A stretch of DNA of 18,228 nucleotides from Octopus sinensis (taxonomy: Eukaryota): assembly GCF_006345805.1 (NCBI RefSeq), contig NW_021824548.1:1-18228 (forward strand), written 5' to 3'. The position numbers and the translations under genes were made by a program. Within the stretch, counting starts at the first letter, position 1; every line of letters begins with the position of its first letter. This document shows, piece after piece, positions 1 through 10,605 of this stretch. A model generated the notes under the pieces. The model saw only the letters and a list, made by a program, of their open reading frames with translations. It searched no databases and had not been told where the DNA came from.

Positions 1-508
1 AAGTGCAAAATGTAATAAAAGAGTAAATATGCGTATCATCTAAATTAATATAAAGTCCATACAAAGGATGTCGTATATTGTCATAAATTCTAGAAATGTA
101 TTGTGACAGTGTAGAAGGTACAAGATCTAAAGGGTAAGGAGTAAAATGCAAAGTAAAAAATAACGGAAATAAAAATAAAGATAAAGAAGCGAAATAAATA
201 AAGTCGAAATATAAAAGGATAAAGGTTAAAAAATAAAAAGTGGGCATAAAGATAAAGTGAGATAAGAATAAAGAGATACAGAAAAATACATGGCGGTTAG
301 AGATGATGGATTAGGATTGATGTTTTGGTGAGTGTTGTAAATTAAATCTTAATTATCTGGGGAGTGGTATGGTAGTGGACGAATGGTCATTCTAAGCTGT
401 ATGGTGTGTGTCTATAAACTTATCTAGTGTCGCATATAAAAGAGTCTGGAACGGTATTATTATCAATCAACGTACACATATATACATACACGTACACGCA
501 CACATACA

Positions 509-511
<3 letters not shown>

Positions 512-546
<35 letters not shown>

Positions 547-561
547 ACACAACACCCACAC

Positions 562-614
<53 letters not shown>

Positions 615-631
615 ATAGATATATATAATAT

Positions 632-674
<43 letters not shown>
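512..674. repeat. Compound microsatellite (CA)n-(TA)n-(GATA)n
   Basis: (CA)n 512-545, (AT)n 567-606 and (GATA)n 632-674 read directly from the sequence. Confidence 0.97.
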
Positions 675-706
675 GGATAAAAAGTAAAAAAACACAAATT
701 TCCACA

Positions 707-784
707 CGAAAGCACTTGATTTCTGCCCTTTGCATGTAGCTTCAACCGTGCTTTCGGACGTAAATTTGCTACCCCGGGTAGCAA

Positions 785-789
<5 letters not shown>
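707..789. other. Two adjacent inverted repeats in an ~110-bp unique island between microsatellites
   Basis: CGAAAGCAC (707-715) / GTGCTTTCG (748-756) with an inner TTGA/TCAA pair. Then TAAATTTGCTACCC-C-GGGTAGCAAATTTA (761-789): 14-bp arms with a 1-nt spacer. Confidence 0.85.
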
Positions 790-844
<55 letters not shown>

Positions 845-1057
845 ATATACATATATAATATACATATATATACAATATATACACACATGGAAAAGCGTGC
901 ATGCACCTACAATACATGGCCTCGTACATATACGCACATGCGCACACACACGTAGATACACAAACATAAGTAAGCGTAACGCTATGTAATAATACACACA
1001 CAACACACACATATATATATATTATATATATATATAATATATATATATATAAATATA
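788..1057. repeat. (TA)n/(CA)n-rich simple-repeat tract
   Basis: Pure (TA)n 788-838, degenerate TA/CA repeats to ~1010, then interrupted (TA)n 1011-1057. Confidence 0.93.
1043..1057 (+). repeat. Candidate left target-site duplication ATATATATAAATATA
   Basis: The identical 15-mer, including its AAA interruption, lies in direct orientation at 11870-11884, at the other end of the array. The sequence is low complexity, so chance is not excluded. Confidence 0.6.
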
Positions 1058-1323
1058 AATTTCAACAATTGAGGAAAATTAATTAATTAATTAATCAATT
1101 TCACCAAGTATTCATTATGCAAAGGGACCATTTAAGGCAAATTCAAATTATTACATTTATTAAAGGGCTTAGTAAAATAAATTACTTTGCCGCATACTGA
1201 ACTCGTTAGAAATAGCCAGCTAAAAAAACTATTTCTAACACTTAAAGAAAACCTCTCTCCATATATGCTTGCTCAATTCAACCCAGAAAGTATGAGGGTA
1301 GAGACATTAAAAAATCAAATGCA

Positions 1324-1394
1324 AAGGTTATTTGAGTACGTACGTTTCAAGATTAGCCAAATCGACCCTTCTCTCATCAGCTCAGAATGCCCTT
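1324..1394 (-). ncRNA. Type I hammerhead ribozyme (left arm copy 1)
   Basis: Minus strand reads CUGAUGA (1380-1374)...GAAA-CGUACG-UA/CUCA; predicted cleavage 1337/1336. Confidence 0.85.
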
Positions 1395-1869
1395 TTTGAG
1401 TTTGAAAACACTGAAAATGGGAGCATACCCTTTCGGCTTGTTATCGCTTCTGAAGATCTGTTCCCAACTAACAGTGCTAGCAACTCAAATATGCAAGAGA
1501 AAATTTCTGTTCTCCCCTTTCCCCACCGCGTGGTGTTAAAATCAGCAACACTATGCTTTTTTCGGTAAAATCCAAGACAATTAAGTAGAGAGAGATGAAT
1601 TAATTTTCAACAATTGAGGGTAAATTATAATTAATTAATCAATTTCACACCAAGTATTCAGTATGCAAGGACCATTTAAGGCAAATTCAAATTATTACAT
1701 TTATATAAAAGGGCTTAGTAAAATAAATTACTTTGCCGCATACTGAACTCGTTAGAAATAGCAGCTAAAAAAACTATTTCTAACACTTAAAGAAAACCTC
1801 TCTCATATAGTGCTTGCTTCAATTCACCCCAAGAAAGTATGAGGGTAGAGACATAAAAAATCAAATGCA

Positions 1870-1941
1870 AAGGTTATTTGAGTACGTACGTTTCAAGATT
1901 AGCCAAATTCGACCCTTCTCTCATCAGCTCAGAATGCCCTT
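1870..1941 (-). ncRNA. Type I hammerhead ribozyme (left arm copy 2)
   Basis: CUGAUGA 1927-1921, full consensus; predicted cleavage 1883/1882. Confidence 0.87.
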
Positions 1942-2428
1942 GTTTGAGTTTGAAAACACTGAAAATGGGAGCAACCCTTCGGCTTGTTATCGCTTCTGAA
2001 GATCTGTTCCCAACTAACAGTGCTAGCTAACTCAAAATGCAGAGAAAAAAATTTCTGTTCTCCCCTTTCCACCAGCGTGGGTTAAAATCACAAACACTAT
2101 GCTTTTTTTCGGTAAAATCCAAGACAATTAGTAGAGAGAGATGAATTATAATTTCAAAATTCCTCATAACAATGAGGGTAAAATTAATTAATTAATTAAT
2201 CAATTTCACCAAGTATTCAGTAGGCAAAGGGACCATTTAAGGCAAATTCAAATTATTACATATATAAAAGGGCTTAGTAAAATAAATTACTTTGCCGCCT
2301 ACTGAACTCGTTAGAAATAGCAGCTAAAAAAACTATTTCTAACACTTAAAGAAAACCTCTCTCATATAGTGCTTGCTCAATTCAACCCAAGAAAGTATGA
2401 GGGTAGAGACATTAAAAAATCAAATGCA

Positions 2429-2456
2429 AAGGTTATTTGAGTACGTACGTTTCAAG
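2429..2456 (-). pseudogene. Half hammerhead truncated by the inversion junction
   Basis: Keeps only CUU-GAAA-CGUACG-UA-CUCAAAUAACCUU. CUGAUGA and most of stem II are replaced by the opposite arm. Confidence 0.8.
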
Positions 2457-2853
2457 TGTTTAGAAATAGCTTTTTAGCTGCTATTTCTAACGAGTTCAGT
2501 ATGCGGCAAAGTAATTTATTTTACTAAGCCCTTTTATATAATGTAATAATTTGAATTTGGCCTTAAATGGTCCCTTTGCATACTGAATACTTGGTGAAAT
2601 TGATTAATTAATTAATTAATTTTACCCCATCATTGATGAAATTATAATTCATCTCTCTCTACTTAATTGTCTTGGATTTTACCGAAAAAAAGCATAGTGT
2701 TTGCTGATTTTAACCCACCTGGTGGAAAGGGGAGAACAGAAATTTTTCTCTTGCATATTTGAGTTAGCTAGCACTGTTAGTTGGGAACAGATCTTCAGAA
2801 GCGATAACAAGCCAAAAGGGTATGCTCCCATTTTCAGTGTTTTCAACTCAAAC

Positions 2854-2925
2854 AAGGGCATTCTGAGCTGATGAGAGAAGGGTCGAATTTGGCTAATCTT
2901 GAAACGTACGTACTCAAATAACCTT
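2854..2925 (+). ncRNA. Type I hammerhead ribozyme (right arm copy 1, reference copy)
   Basis: Stem I: AAGG-gc-AUU-c-UGAG pairs with CUCA-AAU-aa-CCUU. Core CUGAUGA 2868-2874. Stem II: GAGA-ag-GGUCG-aauu-UGGCU-aa-UCUU. GAAA 2901-2904. Stem III: A-C-[GUAC]-G-U. GUA cleavage after 2912. Confidence 0.88.
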
Positions 2926-3411
2926 TGCATTTGATTTTTTAATGTCTCTACCCTCATACTTTCTTGGGTTGAATTGAGCAAGCACTATATGAGAGAGGTT
3001 TTCTTTAAGTGTTAGAAATAGTTTTTTAGCTGCTATTTCTAACGAGTTCAGTATGGCGGCAAAGTAATTTATTTTACTAAGCCCTTTTATATAATGTAAT
3101 AATTTGAATTTGCCTTAAATGGTCCCTTTGCATACTGAATACTTGGTGAAATTGATTAATTAATTAATTATTTTACCCTCAATTGTTGAAATTATAATTC
3201 ATCTCTCTCTACTACTTATTGTCTTGGATTTTACCGAAAAAAAGCATAGTGTTTGCTGATTTTAACCCACGCTGGTGGAAAGGGGAGAACAGAAATTTTT
3301 TCTGCTATTGCATATTTGAGTTAGCTAGCACTGTTAGTTGGGAACAGATCTTCAGAAGCGATAACAAGCCGAAAGGGTATGCTCCATTTTCAGTGTTTTC
3401 ACAACTCAAAC

Positions 3412-3481
3412 AGGGCATTCTGAGCTGATGAGAGAAGGGTCGATTTGGCTAATCTTGAAACGTACGTACTCAAATAACCTT
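3412..3481 (+). ncRNA. Type I hammerhead ribozyme (copy 2)
   Basis: CUGAUGA 3425, GAAA 3457, cleavage after 3468. Confidence 0.85.
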
Positions 3482-3956
3482 TGCATTTGATTTTTTATGT
3501 CTCTACCCTATCATACTTTCTGGGTTGAATTGAGCAAGCACTATATGAGAGAGGTTTTCTTTAAGTGTTAGAAATATTTTTTTTAGCTGCTATTTCTAAC
3601 GAGTTCAGTATGCGGCAAAGTAATTATTTTACTAAGCCCTTTTATATAATGTAATAATTTGAATTGCCTTAAATGGTCCCTTTGCATACTGAATACTTGG
3701 TGAAATTGATTAATTAATTAATTAATTTACCCTCAATTGTTGAAATTATAATTCATCTCTCTCTACTTAATTGTCTTGGATTTTACCGAAAAAAATCGCA
3801 AAGTTGTTTGCTGATTTTAACCCACGCTGGTGGAAAGGGGAGAACAGAAATTTTCTCTTGCATATTTGAGTTAGCTAGCACTGTTAGTTGGGAACAGATC
3901 TCAGAGCGATACCAGCCGAAAGGGATGCTCCCATTTTCAGTGTTTTAAACTCAAAC

Positions 3957-4028
3957 AAGGGCATTATGAGCTGATGAGAGAAGGGTCGAATTTGGCTAAT
4001 CTTGAAACGTACGTACTCAAACTAAATA
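3957..4028 (+). ncRNA. Type I hammerhead ribozyme (copy 3, distal stem I altered)
   Basis: CUGAUGA 3971, GAAA 4004, cleavage after 4015; the 3' strand reads CUCAAACUAAAUACG. Confidence 0.75.
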
Positions 4029-4514
4029 CGTTGCATTTGATTTTTTAATGTCTCTACCCTCATACTTTCTTGGGTTGAATTGAGCAAGCACTATATGAGA
4101 GGGTTTTCTTTAAGTGTTTGAAATAGTTTTTTTAGAGCTGCTATTTCTAACGAGTTCAGTATGCGGCAAAGTATTTATTTTACTAAGCCCTTTTATATAA
4201 TGTAATAATTTGAATTTGCCTTAAATGGTCCCTTTGCATACTGAATACTTGGTGAAATTGATTATTAATTAATTAATTTTAACCCTCAATTGTTGAAATT
4301 ATAATTCATCTCTCTCTCTACTTAATTGTCTTGGATTTTACGAAAAAAAGCATAGTGTTTGCTGATTTTAACCCACGCTGGTGGAAAGGGGAGAACAGAA
4401 ATTTTTCTCTTGCATATTTGAGTTAGCTAGCACTGTTAGTTGGGAACAGATCTTCAGAAGCGATAACAAGCCGAAAGGGTATGCCTCCCATTTTCAGTGT
4501 TTTCAAACTCAAAC

Positions 4515-4585
4515 AAGGGCATCTGAGCTGATGAGAGAAGGGTCGAATTTGGCTAATCTTGAAACGTACGTACTCAAATAACCTT
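4515..4585 (+). ncRNA. Type I hammerhead ribozyme (copy 4)
   Basis: CUGAUGA 4528, GAAA 4561, cleavage after 4572. Confidence 0.85.
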
Positions 4586-5064
4586 TGCATTTGATTTTTT
4601 AATGTCTCTACCCTCATACTTTCTTGGGTTGAATTGAGCAAGCACTATATGAGAGAGTGGTTTCTTTAAGTGTTAGAAATAGTTTTTTTTAGCGCTATTT
4701 CTAACGAGTTCAGTATGCGGCAAAGTAATTTATTTTACTAAGCCCTTTTATATAATGTAATAATTTGAATTTGCCTTAAATGGTCCCTTTGCATACTGAA
4801 TACTTGGTGAAATTGATTAATTAATTAATTAATTTTACCCTCAATGTTGAAATTATAATTCATCTCTCTCTACTTAATTGTCTTGGATTTTACCGAAAAA
4901 GCATAGTGTTTGCTGATTTTAACCCACGCTGGTGGAAAGGGGAGAACACAAAATTTTTCTCTTGCATATTTCAGTTAGCTAGCACTGTTAGTTGGGAACA
5001 GATCTTCAGAAGCGATAACAAGCCGAAGGGTATGCTCCCATTTTCAGTGTTTTCAAACTCAAAC

Positions 5065-5134
5065 AAGGGCATTCTGAGCTGATGAGAGAAGGGTCGAATT
5101 TGGCAATCTTGAAACGTACGTACTCAATAACCTT
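5065..5134 (+). ncRNA. Type I hammerhead ribozyme (copy 5)
   Basis: CUGAUGA 5079, GAAA 5111, cleavage after 5122. Confidence 0.84.
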
Positions 5135-5609
5135 TGCATTTGATTTTTTATGTCTCTACCCTCATACTTTCTTGGGTGATTGAGCAAGCACTATATGAGA
5201 GGGTTTTCTTTAAGTGTTAGAAATAGTTTTTTTAGCTGCTATTTCTAACGAGTTCAGTATGCGGCAAAGTAATTTATTTTACTAAGCCCTTTTATATATA
5301 ATGTAATAATTTGAATTGCCTTAAATGGTCCCTTTGCATACTGAATACTTGGTGAATTGATAAATTAATTAATTAATTTTACCCCAATTGTTGAAATTAT
5401 AATTCATCTCTCTCTACTTAATTGTCTTGGATTTTACCGAAAAAAAGCATAGTGTTTGCTGATTTTAACCCACGCTGGTGGAAAGGGGAGAACAGAAATT
5501 TTTCTCTTGCATATTTGAGTTAGCTAGCACTGTTAGTTGGGAACAGATCTTCAGAAGCGATAACAAGCCGAAGGGTATGCTCCCATTTTCAGTGTTTTCA
5601 AACTCAAAC

Positions 5610-5681
5610 AAGGGCATTCTCTGAGCTGATGAGAGAAGTCGAATTTGGCTAATCTTGAAACGTACGTACTCAAATAACCTT
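5610..5681 (+). ncRNA. Type I hammerhead ribozyme (copy 6)
   Basis: CUGAUGA 5626, GAAA 5657, cleavage after 5668; small indels in stems I and II. Confidence 0.8.
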
Positions 5682-6157
5682 TGCATTTGATTTTTTAATG
5701 TCTCTACCCTCATACTTTCTTGGGTTGAATTGAGCAAGCACTATATGAGAGAGGTTTTCTTTAAGTGTTAGAAATAGTTTTTTTAGCTGCTATTCTAACG
5801 AGTTCAGTATGCGGCAAAGTAATTTATTTTACTAAGCCCTTTTTATAATGTAATAATTTGAATTTGCCTTAAATGGTCCCTTTGCATATGAATACTTGGT
5901 GAAATTGATTAATTAATTAATTAATTTTACCCTCATTGTTGAAATTATAATTCCATCTCTCTCTACTTAATTGTCTTGGATTTTACCGAAAAAAAGCATA
6001 GGTTTTGCTGATTTTAACCCACGCTGGTGGAAAGGGGAGACAGAAATTTTCTCTTGCATATTTGAGTTAGCTAGCACTGTTAGTTGGGAACAGATCTTCA
6101 GAAGCGATAACAAGCCGAAAGGGTATGCTCCCATTTTCAGTGTTTTCAAACTCAAAC

Positions 6158-6229
6158 AAGGGCATTCTGAGCTGATGAGAGAAGGGTCGAATTTGGCTAA
6201 TCTTGAAACGTACGTACTCAAATAACCTT
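6158..6229 (+). ncRNA. Type I hammerhead ribozyme (copy 7)
   Basis: CUGAUGA 6172, GAAA 6205, cleavage after 6216. Confidence 0.87.
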
Positions 6230-6703
6230 TGCATTTGATTTTTAATGTCTCTACCCTCATACTTTCTTGGGTTGAATTGAGCAAGCACTATATGAGAGAG
6301 GTTTTCTTAAGTGTTAGAAATAGTTTTTTTAGCTGCTATTTCTAACGAGTTCAGTATGCGGCAAAGTAATTTATTTTACTAAGCCCTTTATATAATGTAA
6401 TAATTTGAATTTGCCTTAAATGGTCCCTTTGCATACTGAATACTTGGTGAAATTGATTAATAATTAATTAATTTTACCCTCAATTGTTGAAATTATAATT
6501 CATCTCTCTCTACTTAATTGTCTTGGATTTTACCGAAAAAAAGCATAGTGTTTGCTGATTTTAACCCACGCTGGTGGAAAGGGGAGAACAGAAATTTTTC
6601 TCTTGCATATTTGAGTTAGCTAGCACTGTTAGGGGAACAGATCTTCAGAGCGATAACAAGCCGAAAGGGTATGCTCCCATTTTCAGTGTTTTCAAACTCA
6701 AAC

Positions 6704-6775
6704 AAGGGCATTCTGAGCTGATGAGAGAAGGGTCGAATTTGGCTAATCTTGAAACGTACGTACTCAAATAACCTT
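6704..6775 (+). ncRNA. Type I hammerhead ribozyme (copy 8)
   Basis: CUGAUGA 6718, GAAA 6751, cleavage after 6762. Confidence 0.87.
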
Positions 6776-7252
6776 TGCATTTGATTTTTTAATGTCTCTA
6801 CCCTCTACTTTCTTGGGTTGAATTGAGCAAGCACTATATGAAGAGGTTTTCTTTAAGTGTTAGAAATAGTTTTTTTAGCTGCTATTTCTAACGAGTTCAG
6901 TATGCGGCAAAGTAATTATATTTTACTAAGCCCTTTTATATAATGTAATAATTTGAATTTGCCTTAAATGGTCCCTTTGCATACTGAATACTTGGTGAAA
7001 TTGATTAATTAATTAATTAATTTTACCTCAATTGTTGAAATTATAATTCTCTCTCTCTCTTAATTGTCTTGGATTTTACCGAAAAAAAGCATAGTGTTTG
7101 CTGATTTTAACCCACGCTGGTGGAAAGGGGAGAACAGAAATTTTTCTCTTGCATATTTGAGTTAGCTAGCACTGTTAGTTGGGAACAGATCTTCAGAAGC
7201 GATAACAAGCCGAAAGGGTATGCTCCCATTTTCAGTGTTTTCAAACTCAAAC

Positions 7253-7323
7253 AAGGGCATTCTGAGCTGATGAGAAAGGGTCGAATTTGGCTAATCTTGA
7301 AAAGTACGTACTCAAATAACCTT
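7253..7323 (+). ncRNA. Type I hammerhead ribozyme (copy 9, stem III C>A variant)
   Basis: CUGAUGA 7267. Reads GAAA-A-GUAC-GUA, so the C-G pair of stem III is lost (position 7303). Confidence 0.6.
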
Positions 7324-7798
7324 TGCATTGATTTTTTAATGTCTCTACCCTCATACTTTCTTGGGTTGAATTGAGCAAGCACTATATGAGAGAGGTTTTC
7401 TTTAAGTGTTAGAAATAGTTTTTTTAGCTGCTATTTCTAACGAGTTCAGTATGCGGCAAAGTAATTTATTTTACTAAGCCCTTTTATATAATGTATAATT
7501 TGAATTTGCCTTAATGGTCCCTTTGCATACTGAATACTTGTGAAATTGATTAATTAATTAATTAATTTTACCCTCAATTGTTGAAATTATAATTCATCTC
7601 TCTCTACTTAATTGTCTTGGATTTTACCGAAAAAAAGCATAGTGTTTGCTGATTTTAACCACGCTGGTGGAAAGGGGAGAACAGAAATTTTTCTCTTGCA
7701 TATTTGAGTTAGCTAGCACTGTTAGTTGGGAACAGATCTTCAGAAGCGATAACAAGCCGAAAGGGTATGCTCCCATTTTCAGTGTTTTCAAACTCAAC

Positions 7799-7869
7799 AA
7801 GGGCATTCTGAGCTGATGAGAGAAGGGTCGAATTTGGCTAATCTTGAAACGTACGTACTCAATAACCTT
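7799..7869 (+). ncRNA. Type I hammerhead ribozyme (copy 10)
   Basis: CUGAUGA 7813, GAAA 7846, cleavage after 7857. Confidence 0.86.
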
Positions 7870-8346
7870 TGCATTTGATTTTTTAATGTCTCTACCCTCA
7901 TACTTTCTTGGTTGAATTGAGCAAGCACTATATGAGAGAGTGTTTTCTTTAAGTGTTAGAAATAGATTTTTTAGCTGCTATTTCTAACGAGTTCAGTATG
8001 CGGCAAAGTAATTTATTTTACTAAGCCCTTTTATATAATGTAATAATTTGAATTTGCCTTAAATGGTCCCTTTGCATACTGAATACTTGGTGAAATTGAT
8101 TAATTAATTAATTAATTTTACCCTCAATTGTTGAAATTATAATTCATCTCTCTCTACTTAATTGTCTTGGATTTTACCGAAAAAAAGCATAGTGTTTGCT
8201 GATTTTAACCCACGCTGGTGGAAAGGGAACAGAAATTTTTCTCTTGCATATTTGAGTTAGCTAGCACTGTTAGTTGGGAACAGATCTTCAGAAGCGATAA
8301 CAAGCCGAAAGGGTATGCTCCCATTTTCAGTGTTTTCAAACTCAAC

Positions 8347-8418
8347 AAGGGCATTCTGAGCTGATGAGAGAAGGGTCGAATTTGGCTAATCTTGAAACGT
8401 ACGTACTCAAATAACCTT
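8347..8418 (+). ncRNA. Type I hammerhead ribozyme (copy 11)
   Basis: CUGAUGA 8361, GAAA 8394, cleavage after 8405. Confidence 0.87.
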
Positions 8419-8894
8419 TGCATTTGATTTTTTAATGTCTCTACCCTCATACTTTCTTGGGTTGAATTGAGCAAGCACTATATGAGAGAGGTTTCTTTAA
8501 GTGTTAGAAATAGTTTTTTAGCTGCTATTTCTAACGAGTTCAGTATGCGGCAAAGTAATTTATTTTACTAAGCCCTTTTATATAATGTAATAATTTGAAT
8601 TGCCTTAAATGGTCCCTTTGCATACTGAATACTTGGTGAAATTGATTAATTAATTAATTAATTTTACCCTCAATTGTTGAAATTATAATTCATCTCTCTC
8701 TACTTAATTGTCTTGGATTTTACCGAAAAAAAGCATAGTGTTTGCTGATTTTAACCCACGCTGGTGGAAAGGGGAGACAGAAATTTTCTCTTGCATATTT
8801 GAGTTAGCTAGCACTGTTAGTTGGGAACAGATCTTCAGAAGCGATAACAAGCCGAAAGGGTATGCTCCCATTTTCAGTGTTTTCAAACTCAAAC

Positions 8895-8964
8895 AAGGGC
8901 ATTCTGAGCTGATGAGAGAAGGTCGAATTTGGCTAATCTTGAACGTACGTACTCAAATAACCTT
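8895..8964 (+). ncRNA. Type I hammerhead ribozyme (copy 12, GAAA>GAA)
   Basis: CUGAUGA 8909. One core A is missing at 8941-8943, either a true inactivation or a homopolymer sequencing error. Confidence 0.55.
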
Positions 8965-9435
8965 TGCATTTGATTTTTTATGTCTCTACCCTCATACTTC
9001 TTGGGTTGAATTGAGCAAGCACTATATGAGAGAGGTTTTCTTTAAGTGTTAGATAGTTTTTTTTAGCTGCTATTTCTAACGAGTTCAGTATGCGGCAAAG
9101 TAATTTATTTTACTAAGCCCTTTTTATAATGTAATAATTTGAATTTGCCTTAATGGTCCCTTTGCATACTGAATACTTGGTGAAATTGATTAATTAATTA
9201 ATTAATTTTACCCTCAATTGTTGAAATAATTCATCTCTCTCTACTTAATTGTCTTGGATTTTACCGAAAAAAAGCATAGTGTTTGCTGATTTTAACCCAC
9301 GCTGGTGGAAGGGGAGAACAGAAATTTTTCTCTTGCATATTTGAGTTAGCTAGCACTGTTAGTTGGGACAGATCTTCAGAAGCGATAACAAGCCGAAAGG
9401 GTATGCTCCCATTTTCAGTGTTTTCAAACTCAAAC

Positions 9436-9506
9436 AAGGGCATTCTGAGCTGATGAGAGAGGGTCGAATTTGGCTAATCTTGAAACGTACGTACTCAAAT
9501 AACCTT
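9436..9506 (+). ncRNA. Type I hammerhead ribozyme (copy 13)
   Basis: CUGAUGA 9450, GAAA 9482, cleavage after 9493. Confidence 0.85.
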
Positions 9507-9985
9507 TGCATTTGATTTTTTAATGTCTCTACCCTCATACTTTCTTGGGTTAATTGAGCAAGCACTATATGAGAGAGGTTTTCTTTAATGTTAGAAATAG
9601 TTTTTTTTAGCTGCTATTTCTAACGAGTTCAGTATGCGGCAAAGTAATTTATTTTACTAAGCCCTTTTTATAATGTAATAATTTGAATTTGCCTTAAATG
9701 GTCCCTTTGCATACTGAATACTTGGTGAAATTGATTAATTAATTAATTAATTTTACCCTCAATTGTTGAAATTATAATTCATCTCTCTCTACTTAATTGT
9801 CTTGGATTTTACCGAAAAAAAGCAAGAGTGTTTGCTGATTTTAACCCACGCTGGTGGAAAGGGGAGAACAAAATTTTTCTCTTGCATATTTGAGTTAGCT
9901 AGCACTGTTAGTTGGGAACAGATCTTCAGAAGCGATAACAAGCCGAAAGGGTATGCTCCCATTTTCAGTGTTTTCAAACTCAAAC

Positions 9986-10057
9986 AAGGGCATTCTGAGC
10001 TGATGAGAGAAGGGTCGAATTTGGCTAATCTTGAAACGTACGTACTCAAATAACCTT
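9986..10057 (+). ncRNA. Type I hammerhead ribozyme (copy 14)
   Basis: CUGAUGA 10000, GAAA 10033, cleavage after 10044. Confidence 0.87.
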
Positions 10058-10533
10058 TGCATTTGATTTTTTAATGTCTCTACCCTCATACTTTCTTGGG
10101 TTGAATTGAGCAAGCACTATATGAGAGAGGTTTTCTTTAAGTGTTAGAAATAGTTTTTTTAGCTGCTATTTCTAACGAGTTCAGTATGCGGCAAAGTAAT
10201 TTATTTTACTAAGCCCTTTTTATAATGTAATAATTTGAATTTGCCTTAAATGGTCCCTTTGCATACTGAATACTTGGTGAAATTGATTAATTAATAATTA
10301 ATTTTACCCTCAATTGTTGAAATTATAATTCATCTCTCTCTACTTAATTGTCTTGGATTTTACCGAAAAAAAGCATAGTGTTTGCTGATTTTAACCCACG
10401 CTGGTGGAAAGGGGAGACAGAAATTTTTCTCTTGCATATTTGAGTTAGCTAGCACTGTTAGTTGGAACAGATCTCAGAAGCGATAACAAGCCGAAAGGGT
10501 ATGCTCCCATTTTCAGTGTTTTCAAACTCAAAC

Positions 10534-10605
10534 AAGGGCATTCTGAGCTGATGAGAGAAGGGTCGAATTTGGCTAATCTTGAAACGTACGTACTCAAATA
10601 ACCTT
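10534..10605 (+). ncRNA. Type I hammerhead ribozyme (copy 15)
   Basis: CUGAUGA 10548, GAAA 10581, cleavage after 10592. Confidence 0.87.

Larger units (their letters stand above)
1058..2456 (-). repeat. Left arm of array: ~2.5 copies of the ~550-bp unit, ribozyme sense on - strand
   Basis: Reverse complement of the right-arm unit. Predicted cleavage points at 1336/1337, 1882/1883 and 2441/2442. Confidence 0.97.

Noticed and set aside
130-300. Purine-rich ATAAAG-like tract
   Set aside because: Decayed low-complexity sequence with no clear period or ORF.
408-1012. ORFs rich in Y/I/H/T/C/V, here and at 11898-12765, 15285-15502, 16759-16986 and 17584-18097
   Set aside because: They are translations of (TA)n, (CA)n and (GATA)n repeats, which lack stop codons in some frames.
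2346-2460. Inversion as a simple fold-back sequencing chimera
   Set aside because: The centre is asymmetric (~110-bp spacer, AAG microhomology), the outer flanks are different unique sequences, and a candidate TSD brackets the array. Not fully excluded without raw reads.
2735-2800. Possible second, antisense hammerhead in each unit (CUGAAGA at 2798-2792, later GAAA-AAUUUC)
   Set aside because: Stem I cannot form (GCUU against UGUU) and stem II would open with an atypical U-A pair.
2879-2891. Pol III B-box in the ribozyme unit (GGGTCGAATTT)
   Set aside because: Three mismatches to GGTTCGANTCC, no upstream A-box, and the bases are accounted for by ribozyme stem II.
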